From Octopus bimaculoides (Eukaryota): DNA of 64,000 bases. Below, piece by piece: positions 26,262-38,881 of the stretch (within the stretch, counting starts at the first letter, position 1; each line of letters begins with the position of its first letter). The stretch covers positions 134,420,733-134,484,732 of the forward strand of contig NC_068982.1 of the NCBI RefSeq assembly GCF_001194135.2, read 5' to 3'. The position numbers and the translations under genes are program-made. Below the pieces are notes generated by a model, which saw only the letters and a program-made list of their open reading frames with translations, did no database searches and was not told the origin of the DNA.

Positions 26262-26490
26262 ATTATTTACATTTGATGGGTATTTATCCTCATCTTATTT
26301 GTTGTTAATACAACATTTCGGCTGATATACCCTCAAGCCTTCATCAGGTGTTTTGGAGAAATTTCGAACCTGGGGTCTCATTCCTAACGTATTTTTCGAT
26401 GTTGTTGTTGTTATTATTATTCAGGTCACTGCCTGGAATTGAACTCGGAATCTTGGGGTTAGTAGCCCGTGCTCTTAACCACTATGCCAA
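26262..26490 (-). mobile_element. tRNA-headed SINE carrying a hammerhead ribozyme motif
   Basis: Minus strand: A box TGGCATAGTGG, B box GAGTTCAATTCC, (AAT/AAC)n linker, then CUGAUGA...GAAA hammerhead core. Confidence 0.75.
26307..26352 (-). ncRNA. Minimal type-I hammerhead ribozyme motif
   Basis: AACAC-CUGAUGA-a-GGCU(ugaggguauauc)AGCC-GAAA-UG-UU-GUAUU: intact core, 4-bp helix II, helix I 4/5 paired; helix III reads AAUGUU, one transition from the palindrome AACGUU. Confidence 0.65.
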
Positions 26491-28563
26491 CAACCTTAAT
26501 TTTACCAGCACCCTCTCACAGCCAATATAGATAGAACTAACACTACATTGTCTACTTATAAAGACTCAACCTCAACTATATCAATTTCACCAGTGGAGGA
26601 GACCCTACAAAGACCATCACTACTGTTCCCTTTCTTCTACTCAACAAAGAAAATAAAAAAGATAAAAAACATTTTATTGCTAGGTTATAGTTTAGAAATC
26701 CTTTCATAACATTTTAATGTTTACAATCAACTTATTGAACTAAAGATGGCTTAAGTCATTTAAGAACCAGAGTGTGTTGCTGTGTTTTTATTTTATCATT
26801 TTAGGTTTTGATTTCAAGTTTTCCATTTCTTCCTTCCGGAGTAAGTAAGTGCCAATACTTATTTACTGAAGTTGATTCAATTGTTTGTACACTTCTCTTA
26901 GAAAATTTGGCTCTGTGCCAAAATCAGAAAAGTCTACTTATAATCCCAGCAGACCTCATTATAACTCTGCATACTTCATTAAACAGGTTGTGTAGCAAAC
27001 TTGGTCTTATTACAAGATCTTTTGCATTTTCCTCGCAAAGATTCTCAATTTTTTTTTTTTTTTGTATTTATAACATCTTCATGGATATCTACTGTTACTA
27101 GCACCAATAATAATAATAATAATAATAGTAATAATAGTTTTTGTTTTAGACACAAAGCCAGCAATTTTGCAGGGAAGGAGATTAGTTCAATGCTATCAGT
27201 TGCAGTGCTTGAGTAGTACTTTAATTTATCAACCCCGGAGCGATGAAAGGAAAAGATTATGCCCAGCAGGATTTGAACTCAGAATGTGAAGTGCTAGAAT
27301 GAATAATCCAAAGCATTTTTCCACTGCTCTAATGATTCTACCAACTCGTTAGCCTTTTTTATATTTAGCTTGCTGCTGATGCCAGAGGAGGGATGTGAAT
27401 GGAACTGTGTGAGAACAGTAAGTGAGAAGAGATGCTGCTAGGGTGTGAGGCAGAGGGCAGTAGCAATGGTGTCAATGTGTGGGCTGATGAGGGGGTTGTG
27501 GCTATATTCAAGAACTCGCCAGCTGCGTAGAGTCTTCAGGTACGTAACCACGTTAATAAACACAAAATAACAGAGCACAGTGAGAACAGACCTTCCATTG
27601 CAACCTTGTTTGATTGGCAATAATAATGGTTTCTGATTTAGGCACAAGGCCAGCAATTTTGACAGAAGAAGGTAAGTCAATACCATCAACCCCAGTACTT
27701 GACTGGTACTTTACTTTATCGACCCCTTAAAAGATAAATAATAATAATAATCTAACAGGCCCAAAGCCTGAAATGGCTGAAGTTACAGATCAGGGGCCAA
27801 GTGTTCTGTGCATTGGCATTTATCAAACTGGTTTCAAATGAAGGGGGCATACATTTATATATCAGTAGTAATGGAATTTCTCTGGATGGTTCTGCAACAA
27901 ATTATAAGAACGATTACATTATGTGGCTAATGAATATTTTTCAAATGGTTTTCTTGTTTTTTATGAGCCCTCCAAAAACAACAACCTTAATTTTACCAGC
28001 ACCCTCTCACACACGGCCAATATAGATAGAACTATCACTACATTGTCTACTTATAGGTGCATAGACATGTGTATCTGTGTATGTATGTTTGTGTGTGCAT
28101 ACTTGCATGTTTATATATAAATAAATGATTTCCTTGAAAACTGCAAATGGACTTGGTTTTAATATGAGTTACAGCACAGCCTAACCAAAATATTGATAGC
28201 CCATCTAACAGTTCTAAAAACCCAACCTCAACTGTATCAATTTCACCAGTAACAGAGACTCTACACACATGCATGTGTATATGAATACAAGCATATATGG
28301 GGATATGTGAGCATCCACATCTAATTATTATTTGTTAGAACATACTAGACATTCATTGTATTTTTTTATTTATTTTATCCTTGTTCATCTAATGCTTATA
28401 CTGATATCTATGCATGCGTACATAAGAGTGTGTGTGTGTACACATGTATGAGTGTGCATGTGTCTAAATATCCACATGTATCCATATATATATGTATGTG
28501 TGTATGTATATACACACACTGCGTGTGTATGCATAGGAGTGTATGCATGTTTATGTATATATT

Positions 28564-28605
<42 letters not shown>

Positions 28606-28730
28606 NNNNNNNNNNNNNNNNNNNNNNNNNNNNNNNNNNNNNNNNNNNNNNNNNNNNNNNNNNNNNNNNNNNNNNNNNNNNNNNNNNNNNNNNNNNNNNN
28701 NNNNNNNNNNNNNNNNNNNNNNNNNNNNNN
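28606..28730. other. Assembly gap (N run)
   Basis: N run after a (TA)n tract. Confidence 0.99.
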
Positions 28731-28774
28731 AGTTATAATAAAGAATTGCATTAATATAACTGATACATAAACCT

Positions 28775-28812
28775 ATTCCAAATACTGTCCACCTACTTTT
28801 GGCTCACCCTGT
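28775..28812. mobile_element. Solo Tc1/mariner-like terminal inverted repeat
   Basis: Reverse complement reads TA-cagggtgagccaaaagtaggtggacagta, a Tc1-like terminus ending in TA; the partner end may lie in the gap. Confidence 0.45.
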
Positions 28813-29454
28813 ATATATATATATATTATATCTATATTATCTATCTATATATATATATATATATATAGATATATATATCAAAATAAGCAACAAGGATATC
28901 CAGAGGTAATGCAGTACGATCGTTTCATGCAACTCCATTTAATTGAACAATGCAATCATTATATCAATTTAAAATACAGAGCAATCCTCAGCTGCACAAA
29001 GACATAGAATTTAATTAAATTAGAAGAGATGGACTCATTAATAGAATTATACCTAAAATCTCCAATATGTATATATGTGTGTGTGTGTGTTTATATGTGT
29101 ATATTTATGTACCTATGTATGCTCTTGTTTTAATGTTTTATAATTGTATGTAAGTCTGCATACACGTGTGTGTGTGAATCCATGAATGTGAATATGTGTA
29201 TGTTATGTATTCATGTACATACTGTATTTACATTTATTGGAAGCCACATTGATGTGTGCATATGATTTTCTCACACCGAGGACGGGTAACTACCCAGAAA
29301 CCTAGCTCTATATCATGTAAGTTTAGAGAGTGCAGCAATGACATCTCTTGCATATACTATATGGGCACAAACTGTGTGCTGGTAGCCAACTGGAAAAGAT
29401 GTTTTCCTGGGGCTAAATAACAGTAAAATCGTCTTTGTATAGGACTGCCACATT

Positions 29455-29845
29455 GCTGTTGTTGTTGGCACTCCGTCGGTTACGACGTCGAGGGTTCCAG
29501 TTGATCTGATCAACAGAACAGCCTGCTCGTGAAATTAACGTGCAAGTGGCTGAGCACTCCACAGACACGTGTACCCTTAATGTAGTTCTCGGGGATATTC
29601 AGCTTGACACAGTGTGACAAGGCTGACCCTTTGAATTACAGACACAACAGAAACAGGAAGTAAGAGTGAGAGAAAGTTGTGGTGAAAGAGTACAGCAGGG
29701 TTTGCCACCATCCCCTGCCGGAGCCTCATGGAGCTTTAGGTGTTTTCGCTCAATAAACACTCACAACGCCCGGTCTGGGAATCGAAACCACGATCCTATG
29801 ACCGCGAGTCCGCTGACCAAACCACTGGGCCATTGCGCCTCCACT
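29455..29845 (-). mobile_element. tRNA-headed SINE family D, full length, (CAA)n tail
   Basis: ggaggcgcaatggcccagtgg head, gtttcgattccc B box; 11-bp TSD actgccacatt (29444-29454 / 29846-29856). Confidence 0.9.
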
Positions 29846-31854
29846 ACTGCCACATTATGTTGGTAAATAGACGTTACTATGTAAGCATACATATCCTAAA
29901 ATTTTTCCTATTTATTGAACGGCATACCACTTAAAAAATATGCATTATCCTTGTGACATTGTAATTGTTTATCCAGTCTATTCCAGAACAATTCCTTGAG
30001 CAAGTGCTTTCTACTTTATATTGATCAATGCTGTCAGTAGAATTAGTGAATGGAACGACATCTGGTTGTAAAGTCCAGCCTCAAATAAGACCCCATGCTA
30101 GGATAGAAAAACAGCCCTTAAACAAACACTAAATGTATATTAGAGCATAGGTAAAAATGATTTACATTCATTCTAGCACTTTATATTTCGAGTTCAAATC
30201 CTGCTGGGGGTCATCTTTTCCTTTCATCACTCAAGGGTCGATAAATTAAAGTACTTCTCAAGCACTGGAATTGATGGTATTGAACTAATCTCCTTCACCA
30301 TAAAATTGCTGGCTTCATGTCTAAACCATTATATTATTATTATTATTATTATTATTAGTTTTATCATTGGTACTAGTAATGGTAGATATTCATGAAGATG
30401 TTAGGAATACAAAAAAAAAAGAGAAAAAATTGAGAACCATCACAAGGAAAATGCAAAAGATCTTGTGATAAGACCAAGTTTGCTACACAACCTGATTAAT
30501 GTAGTATAGATCCTTCTTGAGTTGTATACATTCATAGGGCCAGTTTCCATGGCACATATATTTCCCCCTGGAAAGGATGCCTGTCCATTGCAGGATTACT
30601 TATTTTTGCCAGCTGAGTGGACTGGAACATCATTAAATAAAGGGTTTTGCTCAAGAACATAATGTGTCATCTGGTCCAAGAATTAAAACCACAATCTTAG
30701 GATCATGAGTCCAACACCTTAACCACTAAGCCATGCACCTCCTCCTTTAATAAAGTATGCAGAGTTATAATGTGGTCTGCTGGGAATATACATTTACCAT
30801 GGGTCCTCAATTTCTTAATGGAGGCATCAGTGAGACATACAGCATGTCTTGAGTATTTTTGGTAGAACCTATTCTAATCCAGGTCCAACCATAGCCAATT
30901 TGTTCCAGAAGAAAGAAAGTCAGAGACACAGAGAAGGAGAAAGAGAAGAAATTGCCTCAGTACTAGACTGGTACTTTATTTATCAACTCCAAAATAATAA
31001 AAAGCAAAGTTGACCTTGGTAGGGTTTGAACTCAGAATGATCTCTACAAAGCAATCTATTCAGCACTCTAACGACTCTGCCATCTGGCTACCTATGTATG
31101 TGTTTATTGTTCCATGTAATACAAACATACAAATTAAGATATATCAACTTATTTTTCTTTTATTGTTTTTAAGATTTGCCAAAAGCAGCTTTTACCCAAA
31201 TATTTCCAAATCTTGGTATGTTAATATAACTCTGTGTCTGTGAATTGCTACTGATTTAACATAACTCTAAATATAGATGGTAGAATGCCAAAATGAAAAA
31301 TAAACAAACATAATTTGCATTCCTACAGTTCCAAAAACCATGCTAATGTTTATGGCAATGTTGTAAGTAAAAAGAAGAGCAGGTATTTAAAACTATGGCA
31401 TGGTACATGGCTATGAATATGCAGAGAATTGTATGCTAATTCTTCTTATAAACTGTTTCCTTATAAACTTTACTGCAAAGAGATACAAAGCGTTGGTATA
31501 AAGATGTTTTAAATTTTGGCACAAAGCCTTAGAATTTTCAGGGGAGGATGTTGGTTGATTATATTAACCATGGTACTTGGTTGGTACTTATTTTATTGAC
31601 CCCAAAATGATGAAAGGCAAAGTTGACTTTGATGGTATTTGAACTCAGAATATAAAGAGCCAGAAAAAATTCCATTTAATATTTTGTCTGACATGCTAAC
31701 AATTTTACCTGCTAACCACAACTATGATGATGATGATGATACCAGGCACTGGCTCTCATTACTTCTGATCCTAACTGATTGGAAGTGTTATCATGTATAT
31801 GTTTTGTCTTGGTATAAAAGATGGGCTACAGCAAATATTCTGCTCAATATCACA

Positions 31855-32295
31855 GATTTGCTTGTCAGTTGTTTGACCTTAACCAGTTGAGCATGTCCCT
31901 TAGTGGCTGACAATATGTGCATCTCTCATCATGAGCAGAAGTAGTGGGGGAGCATCATAGCCATGTGTGGAGAGGAATTCTTTGGGATTTGAATAATTCA
32001 CCTCTGAAAACATGGGTGTTTCATTCAACATCCTTAAACAGCCCTCATTCAGGGACCTTTTGAGTAGGATGGGCTACTCAACCCGAAGGAAATTCTAACT
32101 GGTCCCCACCTGTAAGGTCATGTGCTGTTTGTCTTGATATGAGATCACCATGTTGCACACATGGTTGTAATGTATGTGCCTGGTGTATCCCCTTATCAGA
32201 TGGGTAATCATGATGGGTATATTGGGCTTCGTATATTTGTACCCCAGTGTCACTTTGATGGCATATGGTGCTCTCTCACTCAATAATAATAATAA
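31855..32295 (+). mobile_element. LINE-like 3' end with (AAT)n tail (possibly RTEX)
   Basis: GC-richer block ending gctctctcactc(AAT)n; clade assignment from memory only. Confidence 0.4.
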
Positions 32296-32564
32296 TGATT
32301 ATGATAATATTTGTTTCTAATATAAGCCCAAGGCCAGCATAGTTGGGGGAAGTGGTTGATTGACACCATCAACCTGAGTACCTGACTTTATTTTCTTGAC
32401 CATAGAGGGATGAAAGGCAAAGTCCACATCAGTGGGATTTGAACTCAGAATATAAAGAACCAGGACAAATATTGCAAGGCATTTGGCCTAACCCTAATGG
32501 CTCTACCCATGCCCCACCCTGAATAATTTGTAATTTAGGAGAAAGCATTGGGTTTAATGGTGAA

Positions 32565-32760
32565 GGTGCATGGTTTAGTGGCTAGGGTACTGGACTCATG
32601 ATTGTAAGATTGTGGTTTCGATTCCTGGAACAGGCAATGTAATGTGTTCTTGAGCAAAACACTTTATTTCATATTGCTCCAGCTGGTAAAAATGAGTGTT
32701 CCTTTGACAGACCAGCATCCCATCCAGGAAGGAATATATATGAGAAACTGGGAAACTGGC
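32565..32760 (+). mobile_element. tRNA-headed CORE-like SINE family E, partial
   Basis: ggtgaaggtgcatggtttagtgg head, gtttcgattcctgg B box, gtgttcttgagcaaaacact CORE-like motif. Confidence 0.65.
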
Positions 32761-33563
32761 CTTATCCTGTTTATGGAGTAATATGGACTACCCATTGGCT
32801 TTAATGGTTAGTGTAGGGTCATGGAGTTGGGCATCTAAAAAGCTATTTGATGGTATAAAAGGTACACAGAATCATTAGCATGCCAGCTAAAATACTTAGT
32901 GGTATTTTGCCTATCTTTGCACCCTGAGTTCAAATTCCATCAAGGTCAGCTCTGCTTTCAGGGTCAATAATCAGCCATCACCCCTCCTTCAAAATTTCTG
33001 GCCTTGTGCCTATAGAAAAAAAGATTATTTTCAAATTTAACTGAAACAGAAATACGGTAATGAAAGAGTTTGGGTTGGATTGGTTTGGATTGCCTATGTC
33101 CAGTCCATTATAGGATGAAGGCTTTGCATGTTCTCTCGACCAACCACAGACTGGTATGGAGGCCATGAATTTGAGCTTGAGATCACACTGGTCTGATGAG
33201 CCTACTCTGCCACACTAGCTCAGCATGGCTTGGCAGAAGGGTGCAGTTTTTTTTTTTCATACTCTTACCCAGGAGTAGTAAAGTCAATTACATTGACTCC
33301 AGAGATCAACTGATACTTATTTTATCAACCCTGAAAGGATGAAAGGCAAAGCTGACCTCAATAAAATTTGAACTCAGAACACAAGGACAGACAAAATACT
33401 GCTAAGCATTTCGTCCAGGCTTGCTAACAATTCTACCAATCTGTCACCTAATGAAAGTATTAAAGCATGTTATATAGACCTAACTTTGCATATAAGACCT
33501 GGAACAATTCTTTGAAGTGGTGGGGGAAAAAAGTATGTTTTGTGTACCTTCAAATATGGTATA

Positions 33564-33780
33564 AAAGGGAGTGCTGAAAAGTCCCTGACTTTGGCTAAAA
33601 GAAAACACAGGAGGAACAATTATTTATAATTTTATTCAATGTATTCCCCTTTCAGATTCACACACTTATTGCAGCAGTCCTTCAGTTTTACTAAGTCTTG
33701 TAAAAGAACTTGGAAGGTTGGGCCTCCAACCAGGCCTTTTGTGAGACTCTTGAAGCCAGGAACTTTTCAGCAACCCCTCA
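33564..33780. mobile_element. mariner-type MITE
   Basis: TIRs gggagtgctgaaaagtccctgactt / aagccaggaacttttcagcaacccct; second partial inverted copy at 50250-50433. Confidence 0.75.
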
Positions 33781-34109
33781 TGTGCCTCCCAGCTGCTAAT
33801 CTAAGGGATGTGTTAATACTACAACTTTGGTTTCACTGTCATCTATTTATTGACTTCTTCTTCTATGTACTGAATAAGCCAAAAGGCCAATTTATTTAAC
33901 CACCAGTGCTAAATGCTCTTGCTGGCATGCATTAATTACCACTACGTCAATCTGACATGAAAGTAGGTGGAGGTAAAAACTCAGTGTGTCTTCCTGTTCA
34001 CTTATAACTGGTTGACATTGATGGCATTTAGTTTTTGAACAGCTGAAAATATTTTATCACGTGATTTCTTCCAGCAAAGAAGAGAGAGAAAAAAAAAAAA
34101 GTAGAGAAA

Positions 34110-34257
34110 TATGATGCTAGTTTTTGAAGCTGGAAGTTGGTTGCATTTGCAAAGTCTACAAACAGCAGTGTTGCTGCATCAAAGAAGAGTTAAATAAATG
34201 AAAAACTGGTGCGTGATTGGAAGAAAAGTGATGCCTCTCCAAAGATGATGCGTAAGA
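34110..34257 (+). pseudogene. pogo-type transposase N-terminal (Brinker-like HTH) remnant
   Basis: YDASF..(fs)..AFAKSTNSSVAASKKS*INEKLVRDWKK matches the pogo/POGK-type YDAAFKL...EKLVRDWRK pattern; frameshift and stop present. Confidence 0.6.
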
Positions 34258-34344
34258 ATAAATATGTTGAGTTGAATTGGGAAATTATGTTGAAAATAAG
34301 GTCAAAGAAGACTGTCAAACAGCTATAAAGTTACATCATCATCA

Positions 34345-34900
34345 TCATCATCTCTTAACATCCATATTCCATGCTGGCATGGGTTGGTTGGACTGTTTTA
34401 CAGGATCTGACCTGTCAGGGGACTTTATCAGGCACCAATGCCTGCTTCAGCATGGTTTCTACAACTGGTTGTCCTTTCTAAAACCAATCACTTTACAGAG
34501 TGTACTGGGTGCTTTTTTGTGTCACTAGCAGAAGAGATGTTACAATAGTTTACAAGACAAGACTCTTAGATTGCGGGGGTAGAGTATTGAGGGAGGTGGC
34601 TTTATACCAGGTGATGAGAAGCAATAAAGTGAATGAAGGATAGGAACAGGCTTTTTGCTGTAGAGGAGATACATGGCCACCAAAGGGGGAAAAGGAGATG
34701 GCGGTGATGAGGTGTCAGAACATACCCTCAAAGTAGAAGAGGGTGAATGAATGTAAGGGGGATAGGGACACGAAGGTGAATGTGAGGAAGGGAGGGGCAG
34801 AAGATCATGTAAGTTCAGAAGAATGTGAAGTGAACAACAGATGGGAAGAGGTAGAGAAGCAAAAATATTTAAGTACTTGAGTGAGTGAAAACATACACCC
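34345..34900 (-). mobile_element. RTE-type 3' end with long purine-rich (plus-strand) 3' UTR
   Basis: (CAT)n tail and family B motifs; continues into sequence similar to 53.9-54.2 kb. Confidence 0.65.
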
Positions 34901-35219
34901 AGATGAAAGTAAAGGTGTTTAAAGCAATTGGAAACATATTTTCAACTAACACCCTCTCCTCAGAGCTGTTGGTTTTGTGCCTAAATCAAAAATTATTTAG
35001 GCCAATGGATTAGCAAAATTATTACAGCATCAAAACAATTACTTTCAAGTATTTACTTCAGCTTTTTACATACTGAGTTCAAACCATACTGGGATCTACT
35101 TTGCCTTTCATACTTCTAGGGTTGATTTCAATCCCATTAAGGGTGGAATTTGTTCTTTATTTGTCAAAAATGGACAAAATAATTACTATTAACCCTATTC
35201 TTTTTCTCTCTTGTAAGAG

Positions 35220-35770
35220 AGACGAATGCACTGGTACAGTCATGTGTTGTGTATGGATGAGGACAGGTATGTGAAGAAGTGTCACACCCTAACAGTGAAG
35301 GGAACCTGTGGAAGAGGTAGTCCTAGGAAGACCTGGGATGAGGTGGTGAAGCATGACCTTTGACTGTTTGGCCTCATAGAGGCAATGACAAGCAACCGAA
35401 ACCTTTGGAGATATGCTGTGTTTGAGAAGACCCGGCAAGCCAAGTGAGATTATAGCGGTGGCCGATGCCAGTGTCGCATAACTGACCCATTTGGAAGTAC
35501 CCTTCAATTGTCTGGCAATATGCTGTGCTTGAGAAGACCTGTTGAATCAAGTGAGTGGCTGATGCCAGTGCCACCTGACTGGCACCCATGCCAGTGACAC
35601 ATAAAAAGCACCATTTGAGCATGGTCAATGCCAGTGGTTGGCATCCAGCTGTAGAAACCTTGCCAGGTCAGACTGAAGCCTGGTGCAGCCTTCTGGCTTG
35701 CCAGTCCACAGTCAAACTATCTAACCCATGCCAGCATGGAAAGTGGACGTTAAACGATGACGATGATGAT
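35220..35770 (+). mobile_element. RTE LINE 3' fragment
   Basis: Encodes degenerate RR..WYSHVL.MDEDRYVKKC..LTVKG.CGRG.PRKTWDEVVK; family B tail. Confidence 0.8.
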
Positions 35771-35799
35771 GAAGTTACTTAGCAACTTAACTGTTGCTA

Positions 35800-36450
35800 G
35801 AAGCTTGAAAAAAAAACACCCAGGACACTATATAGTCTCTTTTCATTGCCAGCCAGGCTGCAGAAGAATGAGGCTAGTATGCTCCACTGGATGTGAAATG
35901 TAAATGTACATGCTTGACAAATTGCTAGTGTATTAAGAGAGAAGTTAGGTATGAGAGGAATTAGATGTGTGTGTGTGAGAGAGAAGACTGCACTGGTCTG
36001 GTCATGTGATGTGGACATGCCAACAACTCCATAAAGAAGTGCCAATCTCTCAAAGTAGATGGAACATGTGGAAGTGGGAAACATGGGACAAGATGCTGAA
36101 GGATGACCTCAGCACATTGGACTTTTGGGATGAGATGACAAAGGAGCGAAATACCTGGTGCCTTGCTGTACTCAAAAGGACCCATCCTCTACAGCAGAAG
36201 TGTTAAGGCCACTTCCTCTGGTCAAGAGCATTAACTTACAAGAGTCCTGTGTTGATGCCATGTAAAAGTGCTCATGCTGGTGCCACATTAAAAGACCCAG
36301 CACACACTGTAAAGTGGTTGGCATTAGGAAGGGCATCCAACTGAAGAAACCAAACCAAATCACACTGGAACCTAATGCAGCTCACCAGCTCTGGTCAAAC
36401 CGTCCAACCCATGCCAGCATGGAAAATGGATGTTAAAGGAAGATGATTAT
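35800..36450 (+). mobile_element. RTE LINE 3' fragment (second)
   Basis: LREKLGMRGIRCVCERRLHWSGHVM...GKHGTRC pattern followed by family B tail. Confidence 0.7.
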
Positions 36451-37431
36451 TTTAGTGTGTACTGAGGCACTTTATTATGTCTCCAGCACTAGTGCAGTTT
36501 CTTTGTATCCTACAGGATTAATGAATCGTCAACACTCTCCATCATCACCATTCATTCAGGGCAAATAAGTGAATAAAAGAGATAGAAATGACAGATGAAG
36601 TAGGGATGAGAAGGAGAAATTTAATGAGAGTAAGATTGAAGAAACAGTGAGTGGGTTGATAGGATGGCAGAGCAGGGAGAAATGAAAGAGACAGTAGTTA
36701 GGGGAGGAGTAATGGAAGAGAGACTATAATAGCAGAGAGTAATGGGAGAGAGATGGTGATGGCAGTTGCATGGTATCTGATAAGAGAGCAAGAGAGGGTA
36801 AAGAATAGTGGTAAAAATAGTATATGAGAAAGAGTGATTGATGCCAATAATGAATGGCCAAAAGGGGAGGGAGAGAGAATGGTGGATGGGAGTCCGGAAG
36901 GGTTATGTGAGCTGAAAATAGAGAGAGAGAGCAATAGATTGTCTTGGAGATGAGTGATTACATGAGATAGTGTCAGAGAATGATGGATGTCAGTAAGGAG
37001 TAACCTGGACACACCTCATGATGGGAAAGGAAGAGACAGAGTGATATAGATGATACCTATGATACCCAAGTCCTCATGTTATGAAAAACAAAAAAAAAAC
37101 AAAAAAAAAGAAAGAAAACCAGCCAGAAAATTATTATCCATAGTTGTTTATTATTTTTTTTTTCTTTTTATAGAGCCCTATCCCATTTATGTCCCATTTT
37201 AGACATTTCATCCAGCATATTGTCAGGACATGGTTTATACCCAATGGTTTGTACAAGTGTTTGGTAGCAAAATACATTCAACTATCATTCAATGACATAG
37301 GCTACCTGGCAGTAAATAGACTCAATGATAACAAACAATATCAAATGTAGCACAGGTGAATATATGCATGTATAAATGCATGCGTACATACATACAAACA
37401 TGTATGTATGTATATATGTATATATAAATGC

Positions 37432-37691
37432 TGTGGAGGAGCAATGGCCCAGTGGTTAGGGCAGCGGACTCGTGGTCATAGGATCGCGGTTTCTGTTGTG
37501 CCTGTAATTTAAAGGGTCAGCTTTGTCACACTGTGTCAAGCTGAATATCCCCGAGAACTACGTTAAGGGTACACGTGTCTGTGGAGTGCTCAGCCACTTG
37601 CACATTAATTTCACGAGCAGGCTGTTCCATTGTTCAGATCAACTGGAACCCTCGACGCTGCAAGTGACGGAGTGCCAACAACAACAACAAC
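37432..37691 (+). mobile_element. SINE family D with 134-bp internal deletion
   Basis: 12-bp TSD atatataaatgc (37420-37431 / 37692-37703); lacks the B-box segment present in 29455-29845. Confidence 0.9.
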
Positions 37692-38792
37692 ATATATAAA
37701 TGCATGTAACTATATATACGTACATATATATGTACACAAACATGTGTATATATGCATGCATAAATGCATGTGTATATACATACAAACATGTATGTATGTA
37801 TGGCTGTGGGTAAACGTACTGCTGCAAAATCAAGCTTTTACCTCCAGTTTAAAAATATTACTGGGACCCCATCAGTGTGGACATTAACCGCATGTGGAAC
37901 AAAAGGGCAAAAGCTCAATTTCAGTTTTAGGTATTTACAGACAACAGTAGGAGCACTGTATAATTTACAAGTGTTATTTTTTTTATAAGCTTATAATGAT
38001 GAGCATCTTCAAATACTTCCATGAGCAAAACAACCTGATGCATCATTAATAAGTAAAGTACTGTAATGATGGAAAGAATGCTGAAGACTCTACTATCAAC
38101 ACCGCCCTTACCTCCAGAAGATATGCTGATTTGAAAAATAATCAACCCAACAAAAATATTTGATAATATTTTATGATAAAATTAAAATTTTAATGATGAA
38201 AATATTTTTTTGCTTCTTTTTCTTCATCAATGAAATTATTAAATTGTAATTTCTTTTTGATTATGTTTTTTTTTATTCATTTTTTTTTTCATTTTTTTTC
38301 TAATATTTTTGTCTGTATTTTAGATTAATTGGAACTTCGTTTTGAAATGTCTGTGAAAACATGTCTGTTTATTTTCCATTTGTTTAAAGTGGTGTTAAAA
38401 AGTTGACTCTAAGCCAAAATTCTTATTTATTCTTATCTCAAATATCTTGCTTTGATGGGTTGCTTCAACATGAAACAGCACAGTTTATACTGTAAGAAAA
38501 AAAAACCTAAATGTTACTCAATATTGGTAGACAAGTTCTAATTTGGGGTTAGTTTATTTTAAAAAAACCTTATTCTTATATTGTGTATAAGTCACACCTC
38601 TAGTTTAGAGTTAAACCTTGGTGCTCTACCCCTTCATGCTTTTAGCATTGTCCCATGTATAAGTCACACCATAGTTTTTTTCAATTAAGATCAAGTATCA
38701 AATAGTGTGATTTATATACTGTAAGTACCATAATTTCAACAGTTAAACCCATTCTGATATTGAGTCCTAGACTTTAAGTGACAAATGTTATA

Positions 38793-38840
38793 CAGTAGTA
38801 CCTCAGTATTTGAACAACTCTGATTGCAAATAAATCGTGC

Positions 38841-38881
<41 letters not shown>

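Noticed and set aside
28905-28935. Minus-strand GAAACGAUCGUA resembling the 3' half of a hammerhead
   Set aside because: No CUGANGA core or helix II found upstream.
29760-29845. tRNA gene
   Set aside because: These tRNA-like sequences (also 37432, 49620, 51050, 26420) are SINE heads with TSD-flanked bodies and no complete cloverleaf with acceptor stem.
37985-38345. Unique segment with short open frames and a strong acceptor-like tract at ~38200-38322
   Set aside because: No recognisable protein motif or paired splice sites; could be a non-coding exon but is unsupported.
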